Virus record (IMG/VR): IMGVR_UViG_3300035394_000193
Direction: 5' to 3' (one strand)
DNA from: a virus
Lineage: Duplodnaviria; Heunggongvirae; Uroviricota; Caudoviricetes
DNA: 11,923 nucleotides
Every line of letters starts with the position of its first letter. Within the stretch, counting starts at the first letter, position 1. Shown here piece by piece: positions 9,054 to 11,923 of the stretch. A program made the translations under genes and the position numbers. The notes beneath the pieces are model-generated. The model saw only the letters and a program-made list of their open reading frames with translations. It searched no databases and was not told where the DNA came from.

Positions 9054-10966
9054 TGGAATATAGAAAAATAAGAAAAATGGAACAGGGGAGTGGATTTGCA
9101 ACATTCACTCCCATTGTTAAAACTGCTCCAGCATCAAGATCTTCAGATGATAGACATTCAAATAGTGATGAAAAATCTCCGGAATCTTCGTCTGTTATAG
9201 ATTCTAAAATGATAGAGCAGCTATATAAATCAGGGGGATTAGTAAATGATGTAAATCAATTAGTATCTGAATTGGTACAAATAGAACAGAGTTCTACAAA
9301 TCCTTTCTTAAGTAATATTAATAGAGGTAGAACATTACAAATTGCGGCTAAAATTAATGAAATTAGTCAAAACAAAGACTACTGAAAAGACGCTATTACT
9401 CGTTCAAAAGAAGCAGGAGGTTTAGGTGAAGTTGCAGTAGATACTGATGGAAGAGTTTATACTAAGACTAAAGATAATAAAATACAAGCTATATCTTTAG
9501 CTGATTATTCTGAAAATAGAGAATCTACTAAACTTTTAAGTGTTCAAGAATTATTATATGAAAGACAATATAATAAATCTTTGACAGGACAAAATGGAGT
9601 ATTTACTATTGCCGATAATGCAATTGGATTAAATAAAATTACAGAACATATAAAATCCTTAGTATCTGCTTTAGGAACTGATAGTACAGAAGATTCAGGA
9701 ATTTATTCTAAGTCTAAATCTCAAGAATTAGCAGCGTCTTTTGGAGGTAAACAACCTACTAAGGAACAAGCATATTCACTGTCCATTCTTAATAGAGTTA
9801 TTAATAGTCCATCTGAGTACTCTCAAGTTAAAACTAAAAATTCAACTGAAAGAGCACATATAGAAAAAGCATTAGGATATATATGAAATACTTTAGGAAA
9901 TCCTGCTCAACAGAAACTTAGAGCAACTGCTGCTTTAAATGGGGTAGCTAGACCTGAACAATTTATTTTAGATATATTAGAAACAAATACGGATGAAAGT
10001 CGAAGTATTGAAGTTTCTCCTGAAACAACAGCAAAAGCAACAGGAAAAGATACAACAGATGATAATTCTAAAAAAATCGCCTTGACTCCTTCAGAATTAT
10101 TTCATAATGATAGATTATACCAGCCGGGAATGACTTATGAAATTAATAATCCAAAAGCAAAAGTAAGTTTAAGAGCTACAGCTACAGGTATTGGACCTTT
10201 ATATAGTTTAACAAAACCAGGAGAAGTATTAGAAGCTGCAGTAGTATCTAGTATTTTTGATAAAAATAATTATTCTTCTATTTTGGACAAATCAAAAGTT
10301 TTTATAGGTGATACTAAAATTGATCCTTTATTACTTTCAGAAGTTGCATTTACAGGAGAAGATGTTGGAAAAGTTTATTTACCTGTTAAATCTGATGGTA
10401 CTCCTGATTTAGGACAAATGGAAAGATTTAATAATGCTTACCAAGTATTTAATATTAACAAAGATACGTGAACTACTCAACAAATTCAAGAATATTTTAG
10501 AAAAGCAGGATTTCCTGGAATCCAAATAAAAGAAAGTAAAACTTCGGATGGAAGTATTACTAAAGTAATTGGAGAAAATGGAAATGTTAAGCCTTTCTTA
10601 GCGGTTCCGATTATTACTAATTCTGCTTCAGATTTATCTAATAATCCATGAATGGTTGAACAAGTAGGTAATCAAAAAGATTCTGCTAAAATGGTAATGA
10701 ATCAAGCGTTCTCTGTTTTAGGAGGAACTCCAAGTAAACCAAAAACAATAAATACAAGTCCTTGAGGGTACCTTTCTTTAGAAACTCCTTATAAAGGCGT
10801 GATGTTTGTAGCATATCGTCCAGAATCTAGTGGTATATTAAGTTCTATGTATGGACATGTTTCTGGCAAAGCCCCAAATGAAACAGATATATATAGAAAT
10901 TTAAACTATAGTGTTACAGGTAATAATCCAATAGGTATCCAAGGATCTGCAGCAGTTTTAAAATAA
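9053..10966 (+). CDS. 637-aa hypothetical protein, putative crAss-like virion cargo protein, under table 4
   Basis: Track ORFs 9053, 9581 and 10082 share one frame, joined through TGA 9383, 9884, 10469, 10649 and 10763. Ends in tandem TAA TAA (10964-10969). Start overlaps the upstream stop (TAATG 9051-9055). Confidence 0.8.
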
Positions 10967-10973
10967 TAAAAAT

Positions 10974-11923
10974 ATGGAAATATTAAAACCAAATGATATA
11001 TTAATAACTACATTGAATAAACCCGAAGCTACTCCTTATGATTTACTTTCGAGTAATATTAATGGATCTAATACATCACTTTTCTCTAAAGATGAATATA
11101 AACAATCAGAATATATTAAAAATACATTTACAGGAAGTGATGGAAAATTTGATGATTTAGCTTTTGACAAAGCTTATAAATTAGCTCAAAATAATTACTA
11201 TCAATTAACTAATAATGAATATTTAAAAGAATTAGATCAAATAGAATACAGTCCATTTGATATTACTCGTCCTAAATTTGCTAAAACTATTAATGTATCC
11301 GCAACTTTAGAAAAAGAATATAATCCATTTGAAGAAAAGAAAGGATGGACAGGAATAAATTCGACTGATGCTAGTAATTTATCTTTACGAGAATTAGCCC
11401 AGCAAGGAAAAATATTTGATCCTATTAATAAAACTTGAAGTGAAAAATCTTTAAATGATTTAAGTTTACTTGATAAAGTATTTGGAGATACTTTAGTTTA
11501 TGCACAATTTGATGAAGATGGTCAACACGTAGATTCTAATGGATTCTTTGTAGATCATAAAAAAGGAGATTGAAAAGTAAATGAAGATGGAAATCTATTT
11601 ATAGAGAAGTTAGGAAATAGAGAAATCTATGGAAAACAAATAGTTAATTCTATGGATACTCTTACTACTGATGGTTCTTTAATAAATAAGTTTGATTTCT
11701 TAGATTCGGATGGACGAGAAAAATCTATTACTGGTACAGTTTTTAAACTTGCTGCTAATATTGCTCCATTTATTATTCCAGAATTTGGAATATTTAAGGG
11801 TATGACATCTATTCCATCATTATATGGTGGCTTAAAAGCTACAATTGGATTAGCTTCATCTCTTCCGACATTTTATAAAGCATTAGAAGGTTTACTTTTA
11901 GGTGATACAAATACTTCATTAAC
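10974..11923 (+). CDS. N-terminus of a large putative crAss-like virion protein (3'-truncated, at least 316 aa)
   Basis: Open to the window end through TGA 11436 and 11571. Motifs KPNDILITTLNKP..F...DGKFDDLAF and HKKGD-W-KVNEDG..E.LG.R..YG.Q...D.LT.DGS..N.FDFLDSDG.EKS resemble the N-terminus of giant crAss-like virion proteins (recall). No RNA polymerase motif within the window. Confidence 0.75.

Larger units (their letters stand above)
1..11923 (+). other. Phage late/structural module, probably Crassvirales-like, with TGA reassigned to Trp
   Basis: Single-strand gene packing with 1-13 nt overlaps; large, mostly hypothetical proteins; DUF192; crAss-like cargo motifs; A-rich, SD-less start contexts. 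No capsid, portal or terminase gene lies in the window to confirm the taxon. Confidence 0.7.

Noticed and set aside
1297-10654. TGA immediately followed by ATG at four sites (1297, 3351, 7488, 10649) as a stop-restart device
   Set aside because: Small, post hoc count; one case is the conserved DUF192 W-M dipeptide. It cannot be distinguished from chance without genome-wide counts.
221-11438. The roughly 17 short plus-strand ORFs of the table-11 track as separate genes or pseudogene fragments
   Set aside because: Within each gene they share one frame and are interrupted only by TGA, never TAA or TAG. Random decay would give mixed stops and frameshifts.
1-11923. Selenocysteine, table 25 (TGA=Gly) or table 15 (TAG=Gln) readings
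   Set aside because: 39 TGAs across six genes with no SECIS or Cys-like contexts; the conserved-motif position requires Trp; no in-frame TAG was seen.
1-11923. tRNA (including a suppressor tRNA), CRISPR array, intron/intein, DGR or mobile element
   Set aside because: No intergenic space beyond 70 nt, and no cloverleaf, regular direct repeats, splice/Hint motifs, reverse transcriptase or transposase motifs were seen.

Overview
AT-rich (about 30% GC by eye), nearly fully coding, all-plus-strand segment. It is best read as the virion cargo/ejection-protein module of a Crassvirales-like (crAss-like) phage that reads TGA as Trp (translation table 4). The supplied table-11 ORF track is fragmented because it breaks at in-frame TGA codons. 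Reading TGA as Trp merges it into 7 tightly packed genes: <2-958, 958-3207, 3195-3776 (DUF192), 3785-4075, 4146-9053, 9053-10966 and 10974->11923. By hand I count 39 in-frame TGA versus 7 TGG codons; every real stop is TAA and I saw no in-frame TAG. The best amino-acid assignment is the DUF192 F-W-M-K motif, whose W is encoded by TGA. Other signals: a recurring K-x-Q-x-G / x-x-G-G-x-hydrophobic motif at protein ends and domain boundaries in five of the seven proteins; a paralogous domain shared by gene 1 and the DUF192 protein; a relic ATGA overlap from a former TGA stop; a TGG-rich patch at the end of the 1635-aa gene; and an intrinsic terminator before the large genes. Family and taxon assignments come from recalled motifs, not database searches.
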